Source: an uncultured SAR86 cluster bacterium
GTDB lineage: Bacteria; Pseudomonadota; Gammaproteobacteria; Magnimaribacterales; D2472
Length of the DNA stretch: 64,000 nt
Assembly: GCA_902531245.1 (NCBI GenBank)
Contig: CACADH010000001.1
Span: forward strand, 18,490 to 82,489
Direction: 5' to 3'
The translations under genes were made by a program, and so were the position numbers. Shown piece by piece: positions 10,528 to 19,854 of this stretch. The notes under the pieces were generated by a model. The model was not told where the DNA came from and searched no databases. It saw nothing but the letters and a program-made list of their open reading frames with translations. Position 1 is the stretch's first letter, and every line of letters starts with the position of its first letter.

Positions 10528-11544
10528 ATGATTAGACCAATAATAATAAATTTATTTTTAATAATTCCTAACTTTTTAGTAAAGCTATTCTTTTGGAAAA
10601 AACCTCCTAAGATTAGAAATCAATATTTTGATATCCAATCCTATTTATATATTAACTTAATACCAAAATTAAATTTATATAAAATTTCAGATACTCAAAT
10701 ACCTTATATAAGAAATTTAATTGAAAAAGGAAGAAGTAAATATCGCTTGTCAGCAAAACCAAAAAGTAAAGTACAAATTAATGATTTTTTTATTAGCGTT
10801 GATGAAAATAAAAAAATTTTGTTAAGAGAATATGTTCCTAAAAACTTAAGTACGAGTAAGGTCATCCTTTATTTTCACGGAGGCGGTTATGTTCTTAACT
10901 CTGTAGATATTTATGATGATGCAGTTTCATTTTTTTCTGATTGCTTAAAAGCAAGAATATTCTCATTGGATTATAGTTTGTCTCCAGAAAGTAAATTCCC
11001 TGAAGCATTAAATGAATCAATAAAGGCACTTGATTGGCTCAATAACAAAGGATATAAATCTAATGAAATAAGTTTTTGTGGTGACAGTGCTGGAGCACAT
11101 TTAGCAGCTTCATTAAATTATAGTTTGATAGAAGAAAACAAAGAATCCTCTTATAGTCAGTTATTAATGTATCCGATGTGTGATCCGAGTTGCAGTTCAG
11201 AATCGCATTCGTTATATAAAGATGGCTTTCTTTTAAGCCACAAAGACATGAAATGGTTTTGGAATAAATTAATGTTTCATCAAAAAGATTGTGAAAACGC
11301 TAAATTCAATCTTTTAAAAACATCAAAGATTAAAAACTATCCTAAAACACTTATTGTAACCGCTGGATTTGATCCTTTATGTGACGAGGCTGCAGAATTT
11401 GAAAATATAATCAAAAACCAAGGAGCAATTGTCAAAAGATTGCATTATCCATCTTTGTTTCATGGCTTTGCATCACTAACTAGACTTAGAGAGCCATATG
11501 TTTCTGTAATGGATTTTCTATTAGAATATAAAAAATTACTATGA
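10528..11544 (+). CDS. Alpha/beta hydrolase, hormone-sensitive-lipase-type esterase
   Basis: 338 aa with the HGGGY oxyanion motif, the GDSAGA nucleophile elbow, and DPLCDE plus HGF for the catalytic Asp and His. Confidence 0.8.
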   Translation: MIRPIIINLFLIIPNFLVKLFFWKKPPKIRNQYFDIQSYLYINLIPKLNLYKISDTQIPYIRNLIEKGRSKYRLSAKPKSKVQINDFFISVDENKKILLREYVPKNLSTSKVILYFHGGGYVLNSVDIYDDAVSFFSDCLKARIFSLDYSLSPESKFPEALNESIKALDWLNNKGYKSNEISFCGDSAGAHLAASLNYSLIEENKESSYSQLLMYPMCDPSCSSESHSLYKDGFLLSHKDMKWFWNKLMFHQKDCENAKFNLLKTSKIKNYPKTLIVTAGFDPLCDEAAEFENIIKNQGAIVKRLHYPSLFHGFASLTRLREPYVSVMDFLLEYKKLL

Positions 11545-13817
11545 TTTCAAAATTTTATTTAATTTTTACAATTTTATTTTTCTTTACTGGATTTACATTC
11601 TCTAATTCTGAGATATTTTTGCCAGCTCCTGATCATGATTTTGAGTCTTCAAGAAATATACCACAACCAGATTATTCTCAATCAGTTAATTGGGCTGCTA
11701 TACCTGAAACTAAAAATTTATCAGATACAGTTCCTTTGGGTGTCGAACTTCCAAAAGATGCTCCAAAAGCTCAAGTATTTTTTATTCATCCTACAGGATA
11801 CCTTAATGTCAATGAGTGGAATGCACCTATGGAATTAGACAGCATAACTGAAGAGAACACCAAGTGGATGATGGCCAACCAAGCATCAGTATTTAATTCT
11901 TGTTGCGACATTTGGGCGCCTAGATACAGACAAGCCAATGCAGCAGTATTCGTCATAGACAATGAAGAAATTATTAAAAAAGCTTTAAATTTTGCCTATC
12001 AAGATGTTGAAAGAGCTTTTGACGAGTTCTTAATGCGTCGCGACCCGTCTTTACCTTTTATCATCGCTAGCCATTCTCAAGGCACCAACCATGCGACTTC
12101 TCTACTTAAAAATCGTATAGCAGGAACAGCACTAAAGAATCAAATGGTTGCTGCTTATATCATAGGAGGAAGGACACGACTTAGTGATATCTATGATATG
12201 GATGATATCGATGTTTGCGAAACAGCTCATGATCTTCATTGTGTTATACATTGGAGAACTTATGGCGATGGAGCCAAACTCGAGGATTGGGTGGATGATG
12301 ATTCACCACTTATCTGTGTCAACCCACTTTCTTGGAGTAACGATACCAAATTCGTTGATAGTAAAAAACACCTAGGATCTGTTCTTTTATCAGGATTTTT
12401 TCAGATTAGTTATTATGATGAGAATCCAACAGGGTTAACTTTTAGTCAGCAACCTGCTCCAATTCCAAACCTAACTTGGGCTGAGTGCAGAGACGGTGTG
12501 CTTATTGTAAAAGATCTTTTAGAAAGTCAGATGGAATCAGCATTAGGACCTTTGCAGAAAGCATTAGGACCAGAGGCTAGCAAAAATTATCATCTTCTTG
12601 ACTACCCACTTTTTCATATGAACATTAGAAAGAACTCAGTTACCAGGGTAGCTTCTTGGCATTCCTCTAATAAAGTTTTAAAAAATATTGAAAAGGATTT
12701 AATTAAATGGGATTCAATTAAGCTTCATAGAACTGGAACTGATGGTGACAATGAAACAACTCTTTGGTTGGCTGAAGAGATAAAAAAATCTAACTTAGTT
12801 GCCCAAGTAGATTTATTTAATTTTATCAAAAGAACTCCTGGCAAATCATATGTCACAAATGGTGTAAATACTGCTTATGGGCTCCCCTTATTTGATGGAG
12901 GTAGTACAACCGAATATGGTGTTGAAGGACTTAATGGAAGTCTGAGCGATACAAATAGAATTGCCATCACAAAATTTGGATCAACTAAATCGAATGAACA
13001 TACAATTAAATTAAATAAAGCTAGACAAAAAAATGAACATTTAGCAATTGTGGCTATTACAGATGTTGATCAAAACAAACCAGGTTTAGCAGTTTTAAAT
13101 GCAGAGTCTTATAGAAATCCTTTTGGCCCCCCTGTATTACAAGTTGCCAGCAATGAAGCTGATTGGTTATTAAATTTAAATAAAGATGAGAAATTAACAT
13201 TTTTCGCTGAATTTAATAATCAAAAATCTTCAGCTTCAAATATTCAAACAAAAGTTATAGGGCAAGATCCAACACTAGAACCTATAGTAATAATGACACC
13301 AAAAAGTGGGTGGTGGACTTGTACTTCAGAGAGAGGTGGAGGAATAACGATTTGGCTAAATGCCATTAGATATTTCTCAGAAAACCCCCCATTAAGGACA
13401 ATTATATTCACAGCTAATACAGGACATGAATTAAGTCATTTAGGCTTAGATCATTTTTTAGAAAATAATCCTTCATTAGTTCAGGATGCCTATCTTTGGT
13501 TTCATCTTGGCGCAAATTTTGCGGCTAAAGATGGCTCTGTTCTGTTGCAAGCATCAACCCAAGATTATATGAATTTAACCATGAAACAATTTAAAAAAGA
13601 GAATATTAAAGGAACACAATCTTGGCCAATCTCTGAAAGGCCTTTAGGTGAAGCAAGGAATATTTTCGATGGTGGGGGAGAATATATTTCTTTACTTGGA
13701 ACCAATCCTCTATTTCATAACCCAGATGATTTATGGCCTCACTCAATAGATATAGAAAAATTAGAAAAATTAAACAATGCAATGTTAAAAATAATTAACG
13801 ATATTGCAAATTCATAA
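11541..13817 (+). CDS. Secreted fusion protein: DUF3089-type lipase-like alpha/beta hydrolase plus C-terminal M28/PA-like domain
   Basis: 758 aa with a signal peptide. The N-terminal half has AQVFFIHPTGY and IIASHSQGT (a DUF3089 pattern). The C-terminal half begins HRTGTDGDNETTLWLAEEI and carries IIFTANTGHELSHLGLDHF and LFHNPDD, resembling M28 aminopeptidases. ATGA overlap with the upstream esterase. Confidence 0.65.
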   Translation: MISKFYLIFTILFFFTGFTFSNSEIFLPAPDHDFESSRNIPQPDYSQSVNWAAIPETKNLSDTVPLGVELPKDAPKAQVFFIHPTGYLNVNEWNAPMELDSITEENTKWMMANQASVFNSCCDIWAPRYRQANAAVFVIDNEEIIKKALNFAYQDVERAFDEFLMRRDPSLPFIIASHSQGTNHATSLLKNRIAGTALKNQMVAAYIIGGRTRLSDIYDMDDIDVCETAHDLHCVIHWRTYGDGAKLEDWVDDDSPLICVNPLSWSNDTKFVDSKKHLGSVLLSGFFQISYYDENPTGLTFSQQPAPIPNLTWAECRDGVLIVKDLLESQMESALGPLQKALGPEASKNYHLLDYPLFHMNIRKNSVTRVASWHSSNKVLKNIEKDLIKWDSIKLHRTGTDGDNETTLWLAEEIKKSNLVAQVDLFNFIKRTPGKSYVTNGVNTAYGLPLFDGGSTTEYGVEGLNGSLSDTNRIAITKFGSTKSNEHTIKLNKARQKNEHLAIVAITDVDQNKPGLAVLNAESYRNPFGPPVLQVASNEADWLLNLNKDEKLTFFAEFNNQKSSASNIQTKVIGQDPTLEPIVIMTPKSGWWTCTSERGGGITIWLNAIRYFSENPPLRTIIFTANTGHELSHLGLDHFLENNPSLVQDAYLWFHLGANFAAKDGSVLLQASTQDYMNLTMKQFKKENIKGTQSWPISERPLGEARNIFDGGGEYISLLGTNPLFHNPDDLWPHSIDIEKLEKLNNAMLKIINDIANS

Positions 13818-13967
13818 TATTGCCTTACATAATTTTTTTCATTACATTAAGGAGTCTTCGTCTCAATTGGGCATAAGCTAACAAAAAATATAAATAAATT
13901 AAATTTAAAGTTTTTAACTATTAAGTACATATTTATTGTAAGATGCATTTTTTAATAAGGATATTTA

Positions 13968-14213
13968 ATGAATATATACGTAGGTAACATATCTTGGGGA
14001 TTAACAGACCAAGATTTAGAAAATGTTTTTGCTGAACACGGTACTGTCACTTCTGCAAAAATTATCACAGACCGAGCAACTGGACGTTCTAGAGGTTTTG
14101 GTTTTGTTGAAATGAGTGATGGTGGCGAAGCTGCTATTGAAGCATTAAACGAAACTGAGGTTGATGGAAGAAGTTTGGTTGTAAACGAATCAAGACCTAG
14201 GGATAAGAGCTAA
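13968..14213 (+). CDS. RNA-binding protein with a single RRM domain
   Basis: 81 aa with RNP2 NIYVGNIS and RNP1 RGFGFVEM. Confidence 0.9.
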   Translation: MNIYVGNISWGLTDQDLENVFAEHGTVTSAKIITDRATGRSRGFGFVEMSDGGEAAIEALNETEVDGRSLVVNESRPRDKS

Positions 14214-14605
14214 CCCAAACTTTCTAACGCTTCTACCATTTTTTGTTGTACTTTTTGTACTGCTTTAAACGGTCTGATCATAACTTTAAAGTTTACAATC
14301 TTTCCTTCTTCATTCCACTCGATAATATCAACTCCGTTGACTGATATGTCGTCGATATAAGTTTCAAATTCAAGAACAGAATTCATGCCATCATGAATTT
14401 CTTTCGTATATTTAAACTTCTCCATATTGAATGATTGACCAGCAGCGGATAAATACATCATGGTTATCTCTTTACCCTCCATAGGTGTAAAAACTACCGG
14501 TGATGAAAATACAGCATCATCTGCAATGAGATTTTCCAATAAAACCTGATCGTCATTTTTTAACACTTCATGCCATTTTTGGATAAGATCTTTAGCTGTA
14601 TTCAT
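14210..14605 (-). CDS. SnoaL/NTF2-like domain protein
   Basis: About 131 aa from the internal Met. The pattern of length and hydrophobicity fits the NTF2-like cone fold (LIADDAVFSSPV...). The start is ambiguous (14605 or 14644). Confidence 0.55.
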   Translation of the reverse strand: MNTAKDLIQKWHEVLKNDDQVLLENLIADDAVFSSPVVFTPMEGKEITMMYLSAAGQSFNMEKFKYTKEIHDGMNSVLEFETYIDDISVNGVDIIEWNEEGKIVNFKVMIRPFKAVQKVQQKMVEALESLG

Positions 14606-14719
14606 TTTTAAAGTTGTATAAAAATATTGATATATTTTAAACATAAATATATCGATATATGTTCAATATAGTAGTATCTTATACAAACTGAAGAGATTTA
14701 TGAATATAAGGAGATATAA

Positions 14720-15028
14720 ATGGAATACTTAGTTATAGCAGACTTCAAAGCGAATGAAGGCATGGCTGAAGACATGGCAAATGTTTTCAAAGAAGCTTTG
14801 GTAGATACAAGAGCTTTTGAAGGATGTAATGGAATTGATGTTTATTTTGAGGAGAAGACAAATACCTTCACTCTTATTGAGGATTGGACAACATTAGAAA
14901 ATTATGAAACCTATCTTCAATGGAGAATAGATACTGGTATTGCAGATGTTGTAGACCCATTACTTGTTGGGGGATGGGACGGAGTTGTTCAAAGTGTAAA
15001 GAGGCTTGGAGTACCTAAAGATATTTAA
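14720..15028 (+). CDS. Antibiotic biosynthesis monooxygenase (ABM) domain protein
   Basis: 102 aa, ferredoxin-like, with ...FEGCNGIDVY...TLIEDWTTLENYETYLQWR. RBS AAGGAG upstream. Confidence 0.7.
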   Translation: MEYLVIADFKANEGMAEDMANVFKEALVDTRAFEGCNGIDVYFEEKTNTFTLIEDWTTLENYETYLQWRIDTGIADVVDPLLVGGWDGVVQSVKRLGVPKDI

Positions 15029-15393
15029 TGACAAATCAAGAGCAAATAAAAAAATGTATAGATCTTTATTATGAAGGATGTTGTGAGTCAAACTCTGAAA
15101 AAATTAAAAAAGCTTTTGATGAAAACGCAATGATCTCAGGTTACTTGCCTGACGGGCTGCATGAGATGAATCTTGATGATTTTGCTGGCTTTGTTGCTGC
15201 TCAACAACCTTCCCCAAAAGAGAAAGGAGATGAGGAATTTCTAGAAATAATTTCATGTGAAATAGTTGGAGATACCGCAATTGTTCAAATAAGAGAGGCA
15301 TACTTGGGAATGACTTTTATAGATTCATTCTCTTTTTTAAAAAAAGAAGATACCTGGAGAATATATACAAAATTATTCCATGTTGAATCATAA
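15028..15393 (+). CDS. NTF2-like (SnoaL_3 / lumazine-binding-like) protein
   Basis: 121 aa with YYEGCCESNSEKIKKAFDENA...DTAIVQIRE...F.KKEDTWRI. TAATG overlap with the upstream ABM gene. Confidence 0.6.
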   Translation: MTNQEQIKKCIDLYYEGCCESNSEKIKKAFDENAMISGYLPDGLHEMNLDDFAGFVAAQQPSPKEKGDEEFLEIISCEIVGDTAIVQIREAYLGMTFIDSFSFLKKEDTWRIYTKLFHVES

Positions 15394-15423
15394 ATAAAAC
15401 ACATATATTTAGAGGAGAAAAAT

Positions 15424-16308
15424 ATGTTTAAAAATAAATTACTAATAACTAGTGTAATGGGTGCTTTTTTCATTGCGAGTTGTTCAAATGAGATGGCTGT
15501 GGAACCTTCAGCAGAAGATAATAGCTATTCAGAATTTGTAGATGCACTTGAAAGCACAGGCGGTAAAGCTTTCGCAGAATTTATGGCTTGTGAAGCTGGA
15601 GCAGATTTTAATGCTGAAAATGTAACTAAGATGATATCAGATTGGCAAAAATTAATTACCGCAGAGTCATTATTTGGTGTTTGGGGATACGTTCCTGCAG
15701 CTGATACAAATGCATTTGGAGACACATTATGGTGGGAATTAAATTGGAACTCAAAAGAAGAAGCAGATGCTGAGTGGAATGCCTGGGTTCAAAATGAAGA
15801 TGCGCAAGCATGGGCTGAACAATATTCTAATGTAATGGTTTGTGATGGAGAAGGAAGAAATTCTTTTGACGGTGTATATCCAATTTTGCCAAATACGTAT
15901 GGTGATGTTAATGAAAGTGGATATTTTTATGCTGAATTCTATCAGTGTAATTATATTGATGAGTCTGATAGAACTGATGCTGAAGCATTTTTACCTGGTT
16001 TTACTAATGCAGTAAGTAATTCTGACTACAATGGGACTGGCTATTCATTTGCTAATTATTTTGCATATAAAAATGAAGATGGCTCTCATGTAGATGCTAA
16101 TGTTGACTTTCTTTGGGGTAATTTTACAAAGGGTAAAGATGAAATGGATAAAGCAACTGAATCATTTGAAAATGATGTCAGAGACGAAATGTTTCCTTTA
16201 TTTAGTGAATTTGCAACTTGCGCAGAAGTGCCAGATGTTTATCATGCATGGACATTTTATATAGGTGATAACAAAGAGTTTATGCCAGATTTTACAGTTG
16301 GAGATTAA
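15424..16308 (+). CDS. Lipoprotein with two tandem ~100-aa Cys-pair domains, uncharacterised family
   Basis: 294 aa with the lipobox FFIASC, acidic composition and an internal duplication. It is paralogous to 30429..31193 and 44680..45411. RBS GGAGGAG upstream. Confidence 0.6.
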   Translation: MFKNKLLITSVMGAFFIASCSNEMAVEPSAEDNSYSEFVDALESTGGKAFAEFMACEAGADFNAENVTKMISDWQKLITAESLFGVWGYVPAADTNAFGDTLWWELNWNSKEEADAEWNAWVQNEDAQAWAEQYSNVMVCDGEGRNSFDGVYPILPNTYGDVNESGYFYAEFYQCNYIDESDRTDAEAFLPGFTNAVSNSDYNGTGYSFANYFAYKNEDGSHVDANVDFLWGNFTKGKDEMDKATESFENDVRDEMFPLFSEFATCAEVPDVYHAWTFYIGDNKEFMPDFTVGD

Positions 16309-16325
16309 CTTTAAGGTAAAAAAAC

Positions 16326-16354
16326 GGAGCTGCTTTATGCAGCTTCTTTTTTTT
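16326..16354 (+). terminator. Intrinsic terminator
   Basis: GGAGCTGC-tttat-GCAGCTTC followed by T8. Confidence 0.75.
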
Positions 16355-16373
16355 ATGGTACATTTTACTTATT

Positions 16374-17459
16374 ATGATTATAGGAGTTCCTTCTGAGGTT
16401 AAAAATAACGAGAATCGAGTAGGTCTTACACCTAATTCTGTTCAATCACTTGTTAGCTTAGGCCATGATGTTTTAATTCAAAACAATGCTGGAGCAAATA
16501 TTGGATTCTTGAATGATCAATATATAGCTGCTGGAGCAAAATTAATAGATTCCGCAGAAGACGTTTATAAATCATCTGAAATGATTGTTAAAGTTAAAGA
16601 ACCGATACCAGATGAGTATAAATTTTTAAGAGATGATTTAACTCTTTTTACTTATCTTCATTTGGCAGGAGATCCTGAAAATGCAAAAAAATTAATTGAT
16701 ACTGGAGTTACAGGTATTGCATACGAAACAGTAACATCATCAGATGGTTCAATGCCTTTACTTGCTCCAATGAGCACTATTGCAGGCCAACTTGCTTTTA
16801 TTGTTGGTTCATACCATTTACTTAAACACAATAAAGGAAAGGGTGTAATGATAGGAAAAATGGACGATATAGATCCAAGAGTTGTTACAGTCATTGGTGC
16901 TGGTGTTTCTGGCACTCAATCTATTCTTAAAGCGATAGATAACAATGCAATAGTAAAGGTTGTGGATTCGTCTCAATCAAAACTCGATGAACTTCAATCA
17001 AAATATGGCTCTAATAATATTGAGTATGTACTCTCTACTCAAGAATCAATTCAGTCATCAATCAATGATTCTGATTTAGTAATTGGCAGTGTTTATGTTG
17101 TAGGAAAAGAAGCTCCTAAAGTTGTTAAACGAGAAATGTTGTCTTCCATGAATCCAGGTACTGTAATGGTTGATGTATCTATAGATCAAGGTGGATGCTT
17201 TGAAACAAGTAAGCCAACTACGCATGATAATCCAACATTCTTAGAAAATGATATTGTTCATTACTGTGTTACAAACATGCCTGGTGCTGTTCCATTAACA
17301 GCAACTGAAGCTCTGAATAAAGTCACGCTTTCATACGTTGAAAATCTTGCAAATAATGGTATTCAAAATGCTCTTGATTCTGATGAACATTTGAGAAATG
17401 GTCTAAACATTCTTGATGGAAGAATTGTTCATCCTGGAGTAAAAGAAGCTCTAGAATAA
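16374..17459 (+). CDS. ald: Alanine dehydrogenase
   Basis: 361 aa with MIIGVPSEVKNNENRVGLTP, the VIGAGVSG NAD fold and VDVSIDQGGCFETS. Confidence 0.92.
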   Translation: MIIGVPSEVKNNENRVGLTPNSVQSLVSLGHDVLIQNNAGANIGFLNDQYIAAGAKLIDSAEDVYKSSEMIVKVKEPIPDEYKFLRDDLTLFTYLHLAGDPENAKKLIDTGVTGIAYETVTSSDGSMPLLAPMSTIAGQLAFIVGSYHLLKHNKGKGVMIGKMDDIDPRVVTVIGAGVSGTQSILKAIDNNAIVKVVDSSQSKLDELQSKYGSNNIEYVLSTQESIQSSINDSDLVIGSVYVVGKEAPKVVKREMLSSMNPGTVMVDVSIDQGGCFETSKPTTHDNPTFLENDIVHYCVTNMPGAVPLTATEALNKVTLSYVENLANNGIQNALDSDEHLRNGLNILDGRIVHPGVKEALE

Positions 17460-17473
17460 TTTTTACATAAGAG

Positions 17474-18832
17474 ATGTTTAAAAAGTTAAATTCATATATA
17501 TTTTTATTATTTTTTTCAATATTGGTTTATACATCTAATGATGAAAAGAATTCTCTTATAGAGATTTACGACAATCCAAATGACACCAATTTAATTAATA
17601 TTGTTGTTAAAGATAATATCGATATTGGCGGCAAAGTTACATCTGCTGGATCTTTGGCACTTAAAGATAACATTGCAGCAAACGATGCTTTCATAATAGA
17701 TAAATTAAAAAGAGCAAATTATTATATTCTTGGGAAAGCAAACCTATCTGAATGGGCAAACTTTAGATCTGATGATTCAGTTAGCGGCTGGTCAAGTCTA
17801 GGCGGTCAAACGAAACATTTTATAGATGATGCTTATAATCCTTGTGGCTCAAGTTCCGGATCTGCTGTTGCTGTTTCAATGGGGATTGTAGATATTGCAA
17901 TTGGTACTGAAACAAACGGATCAATTTCATGCCCATCATCTGTAAATGGAATTGTTGGTATGAAACCAACCACAGGTTTGGTTAGTAGGTCTGGTATTGT
18001 TCCAATATCATCTTCTCAGGATACAGCTGGGCCAATGGGAACAACTGTTGATATTGTTGCAAAAACATTAGAAGTTATTTCAGGATATGATGAAAATGAT
18101 CCAGCTACTTCTTTGATACCAACTAATTTTGATTTTAGTTTTTCAAATGCAACAAAGAATATTTCTCTTAAAGGCGTTCGATTAGGTTTGTTGGATTCAA
18201 AAAACTTAAATCCACAAGTTATTGAATTACATAAAAAATTAAAAGATATTGTTAACTCTTTGGGTGGTGAAGTAATTTTGATAAACGATAATAGGGATTA
18301 TCCTGGAGATGCTGAATCTTATGTTCTTCTCTACGAGTTCAGAGTAGGATTGGAAGAATATCTAAAAAATGCTAATTCATCTATGAAAAAACTTACGGAC
18401 ATAATTGATTTCAACAATGCTAATAAAGACATTGTTATGCCATATTTTGGACAAGATATTTTTTATAACTCCATCGAAAGCACTAGTTATTTAAAATATA
18501 TTTGGTCTAAATACAAAATATATAACTCTTATAAGTCTACAAGAGATCTTATAGATAAATATGATTTAGATGCTTTTATTGGTCTGACCAGAGGTCCTGC
18601 TTGGAAAATAAATTATGATGGAGGGGATTATATTGCTATGTATAACTCACTTGAATTTAGTAGTGGAGGGTATGCTGCGCATAATGGAATGCCTCATATA
18701 ACAATCCCTTATTTTGAAATTAATAAGTTTCCTGTAGGAATTTCAATTATTGGAGATCGCTGGACTGACAAGACAATAATTGGATATGCATCAGCAATTG
18801 AAAAATCAAGATATAATTTAGATACTCAATAA
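17474..18832 (+). CDS. Secreted amidase (amidase-signature family)
   Basis: 452 aa with a signal peptide, the AS motif NPCGSSSGSAVAVS...GTETNGSI, and a catalytic Ser-cisSer-Lys context. Confidence 0.85.
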   Translation: MFKKLNSYIFLLFFSILVYTSNDEKNSLIEIYDNPNDTNLINIVVKDNIDIGGKVTSAGSLALKDNIAANDAFIIDKLKRANYYILGKANLSEWANFRSDDSVSGWSSLGGQTKHFIDDAYNPCGSSSGSAVAVSMGIVDIAIGTETNGSISCPSSVNGIVGMKPTTGLVSRSGIVPISSSQDTAGPMGTTVDIVAKTLEVISGYDENDPATSLIPTNFDFSFSNATKNISLKGVRLGLLDSKNLNPQVIELHKKLKDIVNSLGGEVILINDNRDYPGDAESYVLLYEFRVGLEEYLKNANSSMKKLTDIIDFNNANKDIVMPYFGQDIFYNSIESTSYLKYIWSKYKIYNSYKSTRDLIDKYDLDAFIGLTRGPAWKINYDGGDYIAMYNSLEFSSGGYAAHNGMPHITIPYFEINKFPVGISIIGDRWTDKTIIGYASAIEKSRYNLDTQ

Positions 18833-18846
18833 TATAAGGATTTAAT

Positions 18847-19854
18847 ATGGAAAAAGTCTTAGTAACAGGAGCAACAGGATATATCGGCTTACATTGTATT
18901 CAGCAACTTCTTGATAAAGGTTATGCTGTTAATGGTTCAGTAAGATCTCCTGAAAGAAAAGATGAGATATACGACGCTCTTAAAAAACATAATACTCCTA
19001 CAGAAAATCTTAAAATTTTTACTTTTAACCTTACTGAAGATGACGGATGGGATAAAGGTATGGAAGGTTGCGATTACTTAATGCATGTTGCATCCCCTTT
19101 GGCATTAGCAAACCATGGTGAGGAATTTTTTGTTGGGCCGGCAGTTTCTGGCGCAAAAAGAGCTTTAAAGTTTGCAAAAAAACATAATGTAAAGAAGGTG
19201 GTTCTTACATCTTCAGTGGCTGCAATTTATGAAACTACTGTTCTTAAAGAATACTATGACGAAAGTGACTGGTCAGATCCAAACAAAGACACTATTAATC
19301 ATTATGCAAAAAGTAAAACACTTGCAGAAATGGCAGCCTGGGATTTTGTAAATGAAGAAAATAATCCCTTTGAACTAGCTGTAATAAATCCTGCCTTGGT
19401 AATTGGTCCATCATTGTCAGGGGATATTGGAGAATCAAATAAAGCTATTGAATTGGTTGCAACTGGAAAAATGCCAGTTGGAGTTCCAATTCAATTTGGA
19501 TATGTAGATGTAAGAGATGTTGCCGCTGCACATATACTTGCAATGCAAAATCCAAATAGCAATGGGAAAAGATTTGCTTTAAGTGAAAAAGATCTTTGGT
19601 ATAAGGATGTTGCAAAAATCCTAAGAGCTAACGGTTTTGATAAAGCCCCAAAATACAGTGTTCCAGCATGGATTACTCCTCTTCTAGCAGTTTTTAGTAA
19701 AGAATTAAGATTTTCTCTTCCATATGTTGGACGAGTAAGAAGTGTTAGAGATGCGACAAATGCTAAGGATATTCTTGGCTGGAAACCAAGACCTGCAGAA
19801 GAATCTATTATAGAAATTGCCGAGCAAATTAGAGAATTAGGATTAATTAAATAA
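18847..19854 (+). CDS. NAD(P)-dependent extended SDR (aldehyde / dihydroflavonol-reductase-like)
   Basis: 335 aa with VTGATGYIGLH and YAKSK (YxxxK). Confidence 0.85.
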   Translation: MEKVLVTGATGYIGLHCIQQLLDKGYAVNGSVRSPERKDEIYDALKKHNTPTENLKIFTFNLTEDDGWDKGMEGCDYLMHVASPLALANHGEEFFVGPAVSGAKRALKFAKKHNVKKVVLTSSVAAIYETTVLKEYYDESDWSDPNKDTINHYAKSKTLAEMAAWDFVNEENNPFELAVINPALVIGPSLSGDIGESNKAIELVATGKMPVGVPIQFGYVDVRDVAAAHILAMQNPNSNGKRFALSEKDLWYKDVAKILRANGFDKAPKYSVPAWITPLLAVFSKELRFSLPYVGRVRSVRDATNAKDILGWKPRPAEESIIEIAEQIRELGLIK

